A stretch of DNA of 63,955 nucleotides, filler included, from Reticulomyxa filosa (GCA_000512085.1; 20 parts of 20 records of this genome joined end to end with filler, not necessarily neighbours in it), one strand, 5' to 3'; shown: positions 26,828 through 39,989, counted from the whole stretch's first letter. Made by a program: numbers and translations. Notes: generated by a model from the sequence alone, not told the origin.

Positions 26828-27276
26828 ATGATTCCTTGGGCAGAGGCACACGATTTTGGTGTAGATTGTCACAAGTGCAAAATGCATTTTGTGGAGTACA
26901 AGAGATATAGCGACCACTTGAAAGGCCACTACAGCAAGGAGTGGTTACATTGCGAGTATTGTGGGAAGATAAGCGCGCACAAATCGAACTTTATATCTCA
27001 CTTGTCGTCGCACACGAAAGACCGACCTTTTTTGTGTCGGTTCTGTAACATGCGCACGAGCACCAGGCAAAATTTGGTATCCCACATAAGCAAAAGCCAC
27101 GGCATTACAGTGCAAAAGCCAGTTAAGAATTATGCAAAAGGATATGAACAAGTGGCAACGTCGTCACCCTCGTCGTCGTCTCTGTCGATCACCAATCAAT
27201 CCAATGCGAGTCATAAAAAAAATAAAAAACGGACAAGACGTCAATATGAAATGGACAACAAGCCTTCTTTTGATGC

Positions 27277-27278
<2 letters not shown>
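26828..27278 (+). CDS. C2H2 zinc-finger protein (3 fingers); 3' partial
   Basis: CHKC..HLKGH, CEYCGK..HLSSH, TKDRPF linker, CRFC..HISKSH; basic NLS-like KKNKKRTRR. Confidence 0.9.
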
Positions 27279-27314
<36 letters not shown>

Positions 27315-27801
27315 NNNNNNNNNNNNNNNNNNNNNNNNNNNNNNNNNNNNNNNNNNNNTTAATTAATTAANNNNNNNNNNNNNNNNNNNNNNNNNNNNNN
27401 NNNNNNNNNNNNNNCAACAACAAATTCCATTTGCACATACTATCTTCATATTTCGGAGAAAGTTGTTTAAGAAGTTCATCTTGTTGGATAATTTCCCAAA
27501 TTATGCCAATAGAATTTTTTAAGAAGTATCTTGTCATTTTTTTCTGTCTTTCTCTTGCACTTGTTATTGCTGATAATATTGATAAACGACTTGCTCTTGA
27601 TTTTATATTTGATGCTTCCACGTTCGTCTTATAACAAACATTTTTTGTGCTCTTGATATGGTCTTTTGTTGTATTGCTAATGATATTATTGATGTTACGT
27701 TTTCCCTTGTAATAAGTGTTTTATTAAATTTCTTTTTTCCATTGCTGCAACAAGTGAGTTTGTGTTGTTTCCTTTTTTTTTTTTTTACCGCTTTCTTTAA
27801 G

Positions 27802-28457
27802 CAATGTATTGACAATGATGTGAGTGCATTGAATGCTTATGGATGGATTATTACTTGAAAATGGTCTGGCGAATGGTATGGTATGGCAAATGGCAAAATG
27901 ACCACATCAGCAGCTCCTCGATATGTGTGTGTGTGTTTGTGATGGACTATGGGACAATGCAGTCCACATTGAGTGTGCACAAAATCTTGGAAAATAGCAC
28001 GAATGTTCGATTGCATCGACATCAAAATCCAAGCATTTGTGGACACAAATTGGATAAATTGATAATGAAATTCTGTGCGGATGACTTCAAGCAAAAGTCG
28101 AAAGGGCTGATTATTGAACCCGGTGATCGAAAGACTCGCCTAAAGCTGAAACAAGAAATCGATTCCATCAAAAATGTGCTGCTGTTCACTCCAGCAAGCA
28201 ATGAAGTGACTTTGTATGTGGAATCGCTAATGGAATGAGAAGATTATCATACTTCCATTAGCAAGGCGCACTTTGAACGGCTTATTTACGATTGTTACAA
28301 AAATATATCCAATTGAATTACTCAAGAAATATGTGCTTTAAATTTAGAAAAAGATGACTCTTTTGAAGTCATTGTTTGTAGTGGACTCGCTCATTTGAAT
28401 AAATTTATTGAATGCACTTTGCAACAATCATTGGTCAAATTACTTAGTCGAAATGGA
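27802..28457 (+). pseudogene. Atypical Hsp70-family (HSPA14/Hsp110-like) ATPase-domain pseudogene fragment
   Basis: IDNDVSALNAYG, frameshift, then VFVMDYG, ICGHKLDKLIMKFCADDFKQK, RLKLKQEIDSIKNVL, LYVESLME*EDYHTSISKAHFE. In-frame TGA at 28236 and 28314. Confidence 0.75.
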
Positions 28458-28610
28458 NNNNNNNNNNNNNNNNNNNNNNNNNNNNNNNNNNNNNNNNNNN
28501 NTTAATTAATTAANNNNNNNNNNNNNNNNNNNNNNNNNNNNNNNNNNNNNNNNNNNNTTTTTTGGAGATTGATTGGTCGGTCACAATAAACTTTTTTTTT
28601 TTGTTTAAAG

Positions 28611-29537
28611 AGGGGGAAGTCTTCTAATAAACGGCTGTGCCATGGCAACAGATTTTATGGCGTTTCACGAACACAGAACCAAAAAGGAGTGACAATTCCA
28701 TCACAGAGACGATGGGTGGAGTACTATGAAGAACTGATGCGCTTGAAAAAGCAAGGCAAGGCAATGCCACCTTCAAAAAACTACCGACTGAAAGCAATAT
28801 TTATTTCTGGCTCAGCTCCTCCATTCAAATCATGCACTATTTTTAACAGTTTTGAAGCTGATGAATTATATTATATATGTATATATATGTATGTATATGT
28901 ATATACACATATATGATATATAAATATAATATATATATCCATATACACATATAATTACATAAATAAATAAAAAATACACTACAGATGAAGCAAAGTGTGT
29001 ATGCTCACTTCGTGACACTAACACAAAAAAGGCAAGTCGTGAGGGTATAAGTGGAAGTGAGATTATTCCCGAAGAAGAGGTAATATTGAACAAAGACGTG
29101 AAAATTCAATTCGACGGAGGGTTGCGTAAACAACGACTGTTTTCATTTTGGTTTAACACTGACTTTGTCAAAGATGGCGTGCTGCGACTTGAGAAAGACG
29201 ATGTCGACAAAGTTAGCAAGAAAAAAAAACCCGCGACTTTTTCTTGGAAGTCAACATTGAGCCTATTTCGACTGCTGACGACGAAAAGTACGAGTCCACG
29301 GATCAGTCATCGAAAGACTCGGCCAAACAAGTGGATGCCATGACCGCTGAACAAGTTGTTGTGACTGCTTTGAAATTACAAGACAACTTGTCATTCGAAA
29401 TCGTGGATGGAAGAATGACATATACAAAGATTGCTTCACTGGACAAGACGCGGTCAAATGGCTACGGAATATTGGAACGTTTTCCTCTATTGACGCTTGT
29501 ACTGCATTTGGCAATTTGCTTATCAAAGAAAAAATAG
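28611..29537 (+). CDS. PTEN: PTEN-like phosphatase, C-terminal part (end of phosphatase domain + C2); 5' partial
   Basis: FYGVSRTQNQKGVTIPSQRRWVEYY (PTEN TI loop); C2 motifs DVKIQF, LFSFWFNTDFV, LRLEKDDVDK. One apparent frameshift in the A-run at 29221-29229, likely a sequencing error. Confidence 0.88.
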
Positions 29538-30330
29538 TGTATTGTGCTCAGCGCAAAGATGAAACACCCTTACCATCTTGATCAATGACCCCTTCTTTTA
29601 CCAATTTTTTACTTCAGCTGATTGTATCTAAAATTCTCCCCTCATACTCATTCTTTATCGATTCTTTGATATGATTTTTTTGTTTTGGCTTGAATATAGA
29701 AAAGCTTAACACAACGAAAGAGCAATTGAAAGTCTCCTTTTAACTGATCTGCTCATTTTTCTTGGAATCTCACAATAAATCAAGCTATTTTTTGTGTGAA
29801 AATTTAACAAAAGCACCATTTTTGATTCTAATTTGTTTTCTGCTGTTTTTGAAAGTAAAAAGGGAGAAAAAATTTGTTTGAAAGCACTCTATGTATAAAG
29901 TTTGCTGCTTGGATCAGCATAACCAAATATTGATCTTCTGATTGTCATTTCACTAGATGTAGTTTCTAAACTTCTTTTAAAAAATGTTTGTGTTGTTGAA
30001 ACACAATTACGACACGTGCTGACAGCATCAAAGTGATCATTGTTAGTAATTTGGAAAATTTAGTTGAAAAAATAAATGAATTCATTTATATTGTAAATGT
30101 TTTATTTTTTTGAATAATATAAAATAAAAATTTTAATGTATGAACAATTATTTTGATTATATATAAGTTTGAATGTATATATATTAAAAAAAAGTTATTA
30201 TAATGAGGTATATATTAATAAACGTTTTAANNNNNNNNNNNNNNNNNNNNNNNNNNNNNNNNNNNNNNNNNNNNTTAATTAATTAANNNNNNNNNNNNNN
30301 NNNNNNNNNNNNNNNNNNNNNNNNNNNNNN

Positions 30331-32420
30331 CAAAGAAAAGAAATTACAAATAATGGATGGTATCACGCATGCAATGTATCAAGACAAAAGCAAAATCAAT
30401 CCGCAGCCAGACGCTGGTTCTAACGAAACAAAGGGATCGAAAGGCTCCAATGTAATGACAACAGGCTCCGATTTCGTGGTGGAAGATTTCAAATTAACAC
30501 AGAAAGAAACTGAAATCTTTGAATTTTTTAAGAGTCGTTACGAAGAGTTGAGCAGCGATGTAAACAACAGAAACGCAATAATGTTAGAGGAATTGAAAGA
30601 TTTTGAATCAACTCCCAACGTTGTTCGAGCTGTTAAATCGATTTTATTAAAAGTAGCTGTTGACGTGGATTCTAGTGGTAAAAATCAGTGCGAAAGTTTA
30701 ACTCCAAAAGATAAGTTAAAGTTAGCATTTTGTGAAGTGCTAGGTAAATCAGATGAGATAAAATTGGAGGATTTGTTTATGATTCAAAAAGAATCTTGGA
30801 GCGATATTCAAAAGCAAATGGCCGATTGGAACAAAAATCCTGGCCAAATTTCATTGTTTAAAATTATGCTGTCCAATATAATGGCAAGATTGAACAGCAG
30901 CGAAAATTTTTCAACATTGTGTCAACACGACGTATTCACAAAAAATGAACAGAGTCCACTTTTTGAATTTTCGGAAAAGATGATTTTAGTGCTTCTTTTG
31001 GAAAAGTTCCCGATTTGCAATTACAAGTTTATGGAAATGTATTCAAGAATTCCTGGCAAGGCTCAGCCTTTTTTGTATTATAGTCCACTTGACGACAAGT
31101 ACAAGATTGCACTTAGTGCTTATTATAATCTCTTGGCACCTGACAGACCTATCATTGTGTCGTTGGGGGAAGGGAAAATTGGAAAAAGTAATCTTATTAA
31201 TAGATTGTTCTTTACCGAGTTTGAGGAGCATTCTGTCAATCCATTGCATGAAGGAATAGACGTTGTGTTTAGCAGTGAAAATTTCGAAGTGGGTTATAAT
31301 ATATTTGATGTCCAAACAAGTGTCCTTGGCTCCAAATCTATTTTCATTAATTTTTTGAAACTCGTTCCAGCAGATTCATGGATCATCATTCATAGCAAGG
31401 ATGACAAGTATTTGGCTGAATGTATGGCTCTGTTATCTAATGAATTAAAATTCAAAAATGAGCAAATTATTTGCATTTTGCGCGATCGTTCTACAGTTGA
31501 TGGGATGTCGAAATTTAAGATCATGAAAGAGTTGAAAATCCCGGTGAACAATATTTTAGCAATTCCAGAGATAACGAAAACGGATGTCTTTAACGCCAAA
31601 TTAAATGCCTTACGAAAACAAATCCAAAAAATTACGAAAAGCGAACATTTCAAAGTGCCCGCATCGGCTAATCCGCCTCCTCGACATGTGAATGGATATT
31701 TTAAGTTTGAAAATCGAATGCAACTTTTAAACGAACATTCAACCATAAACAACTTTGTTGTTAACATTTGAATGAAGATATAAAAAAGTTTTTGAACATG
31801 TTCAATGAACTGTTCCAAAACGAATCAGACGAAAAGACTTCTGACTCGACTCCGAATCTCCATCAAAAGATATTTCGATCTCTTAGTATACGTGCAAAAG
31901 CGGATAAGTTGGCTGAAGAAGGTAGGAATTTACCCATGTCAATGGAATATAATAAGAGAATGCAGATTATAATTGAAAATCAAAGACAATTGGATGAACT
32001 AAAAAAAGAATACGCAAGCATACAACATCATCCATTGGTTACATTGTATAACAAAATAATACAAGAAAAGGATAACCTAAAAAGAGTATTATTTGAAAAT
32101 GCAATTATTTTATGGCAAAAACCTTTAATCGAGCCAATTTTGAAAGAAAGAAGCTATCTAAAAAGCAAAAGACAGCAAACAGAAAATCAACTCAAAAATC
32201 ACGAAGAGGAGGTTAAAAAAACGAATAATGCAGAAATTGATCACAAAAAAATATTAAAACCATTTGAAGTGGAAAAGTTTAAAAAAGATATTAAGTCATA
32301 CGGAGACAAAATCGCAAAGCTAGGCAAAATACTTGATGTAATGAGAATCAACCGTGAACATTTTTGGAGAGAATTGATACACGTGTATGAAAATCTTGAC
32401 AAGTTTGAAAACAAAGATAG
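30331..32420 (+). CDS. Very large inducible GTPase (VLIG/GVIN1/URGCP)-like protein, internal fragment with one frameshift
   Basis: Intronless 472-aa and 234-aa ORFs overlapping at 31768-31771 (one extra T fuses them). PIIVSLGEGKIGKSNLINRLF, EGIDV, coiled coil, then INREHFWRELIHVYE, matching the VLIG EHffRElgqiYE motif that precedes the GTPase domain. Confidence 0.75.
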
Positions 32421-32520
32421 NNNNNNNNNNNNNNNNNNNNNNNNNNNNNNNNNNNNNNNNNNNNTTAATTAATTAANNNNNNNNNNNNNNNNNNNNNNNN
32501 NNNNNNNNNNNNNNNNNNNN

Positions 32521-32557
<37 letters not shown>

Positions 32558-32586
32558 AACCAAAGACACAAAAGATCCAAAATAAC

Positions 32587-33334
32587 TTTCGTGTCGAGTA
32601 GAACGTGGTTTATAAATTTCTTCGCAGCGAGGACAGAACAGTTTGACCGATGCTTTCCCTTTCTGATCGGTCACTCCGCAAGGCAATACCGCTTGACTAT
32701 TGCAATGGTAACGGGGGCATGTGCCAAATTCATGGTGTCGATATTTCTCCAACTTTTGTTATTATTATTTGTTTGTTTGTTTGTTTGTTTGTACATTTTG
32801 TGTGCCATGTTTTTTTTTTTTTTTAAAAATAATTTTTAAAATATTTTTAAAAAGTAAGAAACAGACCATTCCATGCAGTCCGCGGTTAGTTAATATGTAT
32901 CTGGCATGTATCAATCCATACAATATTTCTGCGTCGTTTTCCACCATTTCTTGATGTTCATCAGATAAATCGCCACGCTCTTTTTTTTTTCCCCTTCACT
33001 CATTGTGACATTTCTCATGTCGTGGCGTTGTTTTGCACACACATATACACAAAATAAAATAAGGTAAAACAAAAACAATCGAACCTCGGTCCACGTCTGT
33101 AATGAGGTCTAATGAGTATTCGTAATATGGCACTTGATTGGCCAGACCAGTTAAGTTGAAACTGTCCGTTATGTATTCATCATCGACTTGACAAAAAAAT
33201 TCATTTCCTTTCAATGTCAAGAAATAACTGACCCAGCCAAAGTCCTCATCACTCTCAACTGAACTACTTACATCACCATTCGAGTTATTATCTTTTGAGG
33301 TGGTTTGTTGTGGTGATTGAGCTTGTTGACTCAT
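32587..33334 (-). CDS. CSNK2B: Casein kinase II regulatory beta subunit; spliced, 3' partial
   Basis: [75 protein letters not shown]. Confidence 0.97.
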
Positions 33335-33754
33335 TACGAAAATTGTTTTTTTCTTATAAAATACAAATTCAACCAAAAAAAAAGAGGAGAGGGAAACGTG
33401 CCACGGACACGGCAAATCTTTGAAGATTAATTGACTAAATTATTCATTTATTTCTTACTTTTCACTCTTTTTAAGTTTCAAAGTGCTTGGAAGAAAAATC
33501 TTCTTTGTGCAAAAAAGTATTTTTGTCTTGATTAACAATAAGCTTGGATTGCTAAGCGTACTTAAACATAAATAGGTATTTTCAACGAACTATTTTTTTG
33601 AATTATAATTTACAATTGTTAAATCTGGATCTGAACTATCCACAGAGATAGGAGGGGGAAAAAATGATAAATATAAACAAACCTAAAAAAAAGAAAAACA
33701 AAAAAAACAGAGTTGAATTTTTTTTTAAAAAAGTCGAAATTTCAGTTTGCAGGG

Positions 33755-36078
33755 ATGGCATTCTTTATAGACACACCAGCAGATCCATCAACAACAGAAA
33801 TACAATCACCCTTGACTTTAGAGTGTTATGATACAAAATGGCTGACGGAAGACAAACAAAACAGCAACTGGAAGGACTACGAGTGTAAGATTTGCAACCG
33901 GCTGTCGAACAGTGCAGTAGAACTGCGATGCAACCAGCATAAACCGTTCATAGTGGGTGGTCAGTGTTTGAAAAATTATCTTCAAAAAAACAAGCAAAAA
34001 TGTCCAGTAAATGGACATGCAAAATGTGAGTATTCTCCGGGAGGGTATGTGCGGACGCTAATTGATCGCTTGGTAGTATGTTGTCCATTGCAATATGAGC
34101 AATCACAACTCCGTCAAAGCCAAAACGAGCCACTGAAAATCATGTGCAAATTCAAAGGAGAGATACGAGAATTGCAAGAACATTTGAGACAAGGAGTGTG
34201 TCCATTGTCCCTTTGCAAGTGTGAATACGAAGAGTTTGGCTGTCGTGAACAAATGTTCAAATATCAATTTTCCGAACATCGACAGTCTTTTCAAGGACAA
34301 CACTTGCAACTTCTCATCCGATTCATCCGAGTCCTACAACAACAAAACATCCAATTGCAAGAAGATGCCATTACTAAAGTATAGTTCACACCTTTTTTTT
34401 TCCCCCCTCTACGTATACTAATATTGCACAATCAAGTAATTTTTTTTTTTTTGATTGAACAGGGGGGAGGGGGGGGGATTATCACAATATAGCAACAATT
34501 ACTAGACTTACTTCAAAAAAAATTGGAAGCAAAAGAAAAAGAATTTGATCGATATCAATCCGAACAACTGGTTGCCACTCAAGTTGAGAGGATGATACAT
34601 TTATTGAACACATTTTGTTGTTGTTGGACTGGGTGTGGATCACAAGAATAGCACTAAAACAATTGAGCTCCTCATACATACGCATACACAAATATAATAC
34701 AAAATGTAGTCACCAAAAACACAATCTGCGCAACCAATCATAAACAACAAGATCCCTAAAAACGAAGTTTGCCTTTACTTTACATATATATACATATACA
34801 TATATACAAGTATATACATATATATATATACATATATATATATATACAAGTATATATAAATGTATGTATGTCCACGTCCTCTGATTAAAAAATAAAATAA
34901 AATAAAATAAAAATAAACGATACATATGTCACGAGAAAGTGCAAAAGTATCCTGAAATAGTGCAAGGAGGGAGAGAAACGAAAAAAAAAAAAATAAAGAC
35001 AAAAAATTTGAATATAAAAATACTGGCAAAGAAATCGAATGATAACTCAAATTTAGCTATCCTCACGCCAGTGGATGAAGTAAGTACTTTATTTGTAACG
35101 CTGCAATTTTCAAAAATATGAGAGTGTGCACATATACACGTACATATATATGTACATCTATGTATACATACAGTATATATATATATATATAATTTAAAGA
35201 GCGTAGAAATTCTGCAACGGGAGCACAAAAGCAAAACAGAAAACGAAGAAAAGAAAGACAGTATATTGCCAGTGGAGGTATGTGCGGAGATGCAGAAGCA
35301 ATTATCGTTACTGTGCAAAAATCGCAACTTGAAGGATGGAGTGGATTACCTGTTGGTGAAAGGCGACGACCGCGTGATTGAATTGACGAGCGACTTCAAA
35401 TATGAATTTGAGCATGGAGTATATTTGCTTGGAAAGAACGTGACATTGACTTGTGGCAAAAACAAGGAAGATGACAAAGGACGCTTGATTCTTCACTGCT
35501 CCCATTTGTTCATTGGTCAAACGTGCAATATCAACTGCAACGAATTGGGATACAAGGCCGATCAAGGTCCTGGCTGCGGCAAGCTTGTGGTCGGCATGTC
35601 GTCCAGTGGCAGCGGAGCTGGTCACGGCAAACCTGGTAAGGGCGCGGGGGAATGGATTGGCTCCGGAGGAGGGGCTACGTATGGCGACAAGACACTCGAA
35701 AAGTTGGACTTTGGGAGCGGTGGAGGCAGTTATACTCAACGAAATGGATATATTGCTTCTGGCGGAGCTGGAGGTGGTATTCTTGACATTACCGTCACTG
35801 ATCAAATGCTTAATCTTGGAGAAATACAGGCCAATGGCGCAAATGGGAAAAAACACTCTCCTAACGTTGGTGGAGGAGGTGGCAGTGGTGGCTCTATTCG
35901 CATTAAACTCACTAATAACACATTTAAACACAAGCTCGGGAAAATAAGCTGTGAAGGAGGGAAAGGAGGTGGCAAGTGGTCCGGGGATGGCGGGCAGGGA
36001 CGAATTGCCATTTATGGGGTTACTCCTACTACTATTGATCCTCAATCGATTGCTGGTGCTCTCTATGTCCACAAATAG
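33755..36078 (+). CDS. RING-like/TRAF zinc-finger + coiled coil + C-terminal glycine-rich domain protein; spliced
   Basis: Exon 1: CKICNR..ELRCNQH..GGQC..CPVNGHAKC, CPLQY..CKFKGEIRELQEHL..CP, CEYEEFGC. Last exon: GYKADQGPG, GSGAGHG, YGDKTL..FGSGGG, GGAGGGIL, IQANGANG, GGGGSGGSI, GDGGQGRIAIYG; TAG stop at 36078. Middle exons are not fully resolved. Confidence 0.8.
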
Positions 36079-37129
36079 GAAACATAATACAAGTTCGTCA
36101 TCCTCCTTCCAATATCATTTCAACAGTCTTTTTTTTTTTTTNNNNNNNNNNNNNNNNNNNNNNNNNNNNNNNNNNNNNNNNNNNNTTAATTAATTAANNN
36201 NNNNNNNNNNNNNNNNNNNNNNNNNNNNNNNNNNNNNNNNNGGGGAGCTCCAACGGAGCTTAGGGAATCCTCTTTCTAAAAAAAAACAGTGGATTTTCAG
36301 TATTCCGAATTTTTCTTTTGTGGAAAGAACAAAAGAGATAATTGTGAAACGACAACTTGATGATGCTACTTATGTTAGATGGGATACTTCAAAGACAAAA
36401 TTTATTTCATTTTGTCTATTTTCAAAATAACAATATATGATCTTATAAATGACATCTTTAAAATCCTTAAGAAAGAAATGAACTCTAAACTAAAGAGACT
36501 GAATACGCACTTTTTTTGGGTTAAGCATAAGAAAATGGAGGAAAAGTTTTAACAGTGCTATTTTCATTTTTCTTTTTGACGCTGAATCATGTTGTTTGAC
36601 TCAAAAATTTGATTATTTATATTTATCATATTTGAAAATTGAACAAAAGAAAGAAGCAAGAAAGCAAACATAGACGTCTTTGCCAAATTGTCAGATCATA
36701 TACTGAAGTTAAACAAAAAAAGGTGTATGCGGGGGAGTGATATAATTTTTTTTGACTAATTTGAGTAATGTGTGTATGTAAAAAAAATGGAAACAATGAA
36801 AGTGGCAAAGAGCCATTGATATTCAAAAATTAGATTTAGATAAACGCGATCTATTAGTTAGTGATCGCTGGCATGAATTTGTAGACACTATAAGCAGACA
36901 ATCGAAATTCAATATTGAGTTTTTTTTTACTATTATATTCTGTCTAAAAAAAAAGTCATTACATAATCAACTATTTTCATTCGGAAAGTGAAAAACTTTT
37001 TATTATTTTTTGTAAAGTTTTTTTTAAAAAAAAAATTTACAAACATTATGGTATGAAAAAAAAAGCAAAGCGATTGAACGTAAATAAAAATGAAATGCAT
37101 GCAATGGTGAGTTTGTGTTTATTAAACTT

Positions 37130-39600
37130 GTCAGTGCACACCGGTTCAGTGTTACAAATATTCGATGCAATAGGCGCGCTATTGCGGTGGCAAGAGTACG
37201 AGCTGTAGGAAAGACCGTGTTTGGACTGCAAGTACATATTGAACGAGCTGGAATCGCAAGTGGGAGTAGGGCAGCGCTAAGGCTGTCCTTTCTTGCCTTG
37301 CGACGCATCGCGTTCGTTTGAGCAAGAAAAGACTGGCAACTAACAACAACTGTTCTTACAAAACGTGAACACGGTGAAGGCACAAAGGCTACTTGTACTT
37401 TCGACATTATGAAATGATGTTGTCCAACTCGATAATATCACATTCAAGCATTCTATCATTTTCACTGGCGAGCACAACTTTGGTATGTGTGACATGCAGA
37501 GTGCGTGTAAAACTACTTTTTACAAAATAAACAAATTATAATAAATAAATGTATCAAAAATAAAACAAAATTAAATGAAATGTTAAAAAAGAGATAGAAT
37601 GAGCTGCAAATGGGTCGATAGGCACTTGTGCGGCAGATATTGATCGACTGACAAGCAATGGCGAATACATAATGGGACAATACATGCCAATAATCTACTA
37701 ACAAAAGATATGACAAGATAAGGGATCTGCTCGTATTATGTGACTGGCAAATGCAGCGTGAATTAACATGGTACAAGATCACAATGAAAAAAGACGAAAA
37801 GTATTATATATGTGAGGAGTGTGCCACATACTGTTTATGTCACAATCAAAGCAGCGAAGAAGTGAGTAGCAGGAACAACGCCGAAGCAAATAGCAACACC
37901 GCTACGGTCGGTTACAAGAAGAGCATCAAAGAGTCACTTCTGCCGAAGCAGGAACAAATAATGTTTTGTGAGTGTGGGTTGGATCAACTGGAGAATATTA
38001 CCGAGTGTAAGTGCTTCAAGCTGAGTTTTTGGAAAAGAGAGTTCTATTTGGACCAGAGGCTAACCAAGTCGAAGGATCACTAGTTATGGAGTCTGGATAA
38101 AATGCAAAATGGTACGAGGCCAAGGTGATCACATCCAAGTCAACTACGATGGATGGAACTCCAAGTACGACTCCAGAGCGCAGTCACTCAAGTCACATGC
38201 TATTGGATGCAGAAAGTCGGGCGGAGTCATCGAGAAGTCTGAAGACAGTAGGTCCACCTTTAGCTTATCACCACAAGTGGACCAATCATGACTTTAAGAC
38301 TTCTTGTTCAAAGAATAGGAAATTGAGTTGCAGTCAAATGTCGCTGCATCCACTTCTGTATTGACAACGTAATCATTATTGTCATCAACAACGACAGCAA
38401 CAAGATATTGATGCAGTAAATAGACACTAAGAGAAAAAAGAAGACGAAAAGGTCAAAATAATAATAATAAATCAAATGAACTGACAACTGGTGTCGTGGA
38501 ATATATGGTCCCACTTGGAGACTAATACAAAAACAGCATCGAATTTTGTGCGACCAAAAACAATGTATTGATCCAATGGATTTCGAGCATCTGGAATGGA
38601 GTCAAAGTCCAAGTCGATGTGTATTATATTGACTGAATTGAAAACTATGTGTACGCCAAATATGCCAATTACCAGCTGAAAGATTTGTTCGAATCACGCA
38701 TGATGATGAAAAAGATCATCAAGCCAATCATATATCACAAGGACTTTCACTTCGTTTTAAATCGCAATGACATGCTACTGCAAGCACCAAAGGATTCTCC
38801 GACAAGCTATGACACTATGTTCGGATGCTGTGCTACGAAGCAAGAATAACTGCTTCTTGGTCTTGGAACAATTCAAATGTATCACTAGACAAGGACATGA
38901 TAGTAATGGCGCTCTTACATCGGAAATCAAATAAGATGATACAATAATCGCATCAGTATCACCGGCAATAACAGCAGTAGTCGTGGAACACGACTGAGAC
39001 AATGAACACAATATCGTTGAGACAAGTAATTGCTCAATTGTCGGCCATTGTCTAGTACGAATTGGATCGAGTTTGACAGAAGCGAAAGCGAAGTGATCAT
39101 GAAAAACACGTCTGCGCATGAAAAAAAAGACAAAAACCAGTCAGCCAAGGCTAACGAAAAAATGTTCAATACAAAGCATAGCAAGATACAGACAAGCCCA
39201 AAGACAAAAGCAAAGAGAATAGTCAAGAAGGACATGACAATGCTAATGAAGATGAACATGCACAAACAAACAAAACAGAGTGCAGTCGCAAGTAAATAAA
39301 AACACGAGACAGATTTGGAACACAAGGCATCGATGTTGCCACAAGCCAAAGACCAGAGCATTGGGATCGGCATTGGCGTTGACATGATAACGAAACTGGT
39401 TCAACGCTTGAACATCTTGGACAGTCAGGAAATGTTTGCGATATTCGAAAAAATGCGTACGGCGGTGCTCATTAACTCATTGCTGAAAAAAAAAACAAAG
39501 TGAGTCATTGTTGCTGTTGAAGTTATCTCGTATTCGGTTGTACATTTTGCAAATCTTATCCAAAGTCATTTAAAGCTTACAGGAAAAATTGTATTTGAAT
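37130..39600 (+). pseudogene. Decayed chromatin-reader-like gene (Cys-rich UBR-type finger, Tudor/MBT-like, bromodomain, ET-like remnants)
   Basis: Broken frames read WYKI..ICEECATYC..FCECG..CKC; IQVNYDGWNSKYD; ASNFVRP..IDPMDF..YQLKDLFE; MITKLVQRLNILDSQEMFAIFE. Many stops and frameshifts. Confidence 0.4.
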
Positions 39601-39989
39601 TGTGGCAAAGATGTTAGCTTCATCGATGGTGTTCTGTTTTGTTTTGTTCTTGCTGTGATTGATTGTGCAATAATGCAATTGTACGACAATTTGAGACTTT
39701 GATTTGTGTCATATTACTATTGCTTGTTTATTTATTTATTTGTTTGTGAGCTTACAGAATATATTTGCTGGACATGTTCATTGTAGAGTGAAATGGGCTG
39801 ATAGCACACACGGGATAATGTCTATAATGTTTTCTTAAAAACAATCGCTTTTTTGTGCGTTTTTCCAAAAAATACGACCTGAAATATTTCTTCATAACAC
39901 GGAATATATACACATATGATAACTATGGATTATGATTCGATTATTCATATATGCTACAGAATAATTAAATTTCTCCAAGCGATGGCAAG

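Noticed and set aside
28236-28316. Selenocysteine or genetic-code change in the Hsp70 fragment
   Set aside because: The first TGA aligns with a conserved Gly, a frameshift lies upstream, and TGA terminates the intact MAPK; pseudogenisation is simpler.
29221-29229. Programmed frameshift in the PTEN-like gene
   Set aside because: Falls in an A9 homopolymer in an assembly full of homopolymer problems; likely an error.
35308-36072. 254-aa antisense ORF over the glycine-rich exon
   Set aside because: Shadow ORF expected from GC-rich GGN codons; no motifs.
30331-36141. Apparent cluster of VLIG-like GTPase, CK2 beta and TRAF-like gene
   Set aside because: A spacer at 32421-32520 separates the contigs, so the adjacency is artificial.
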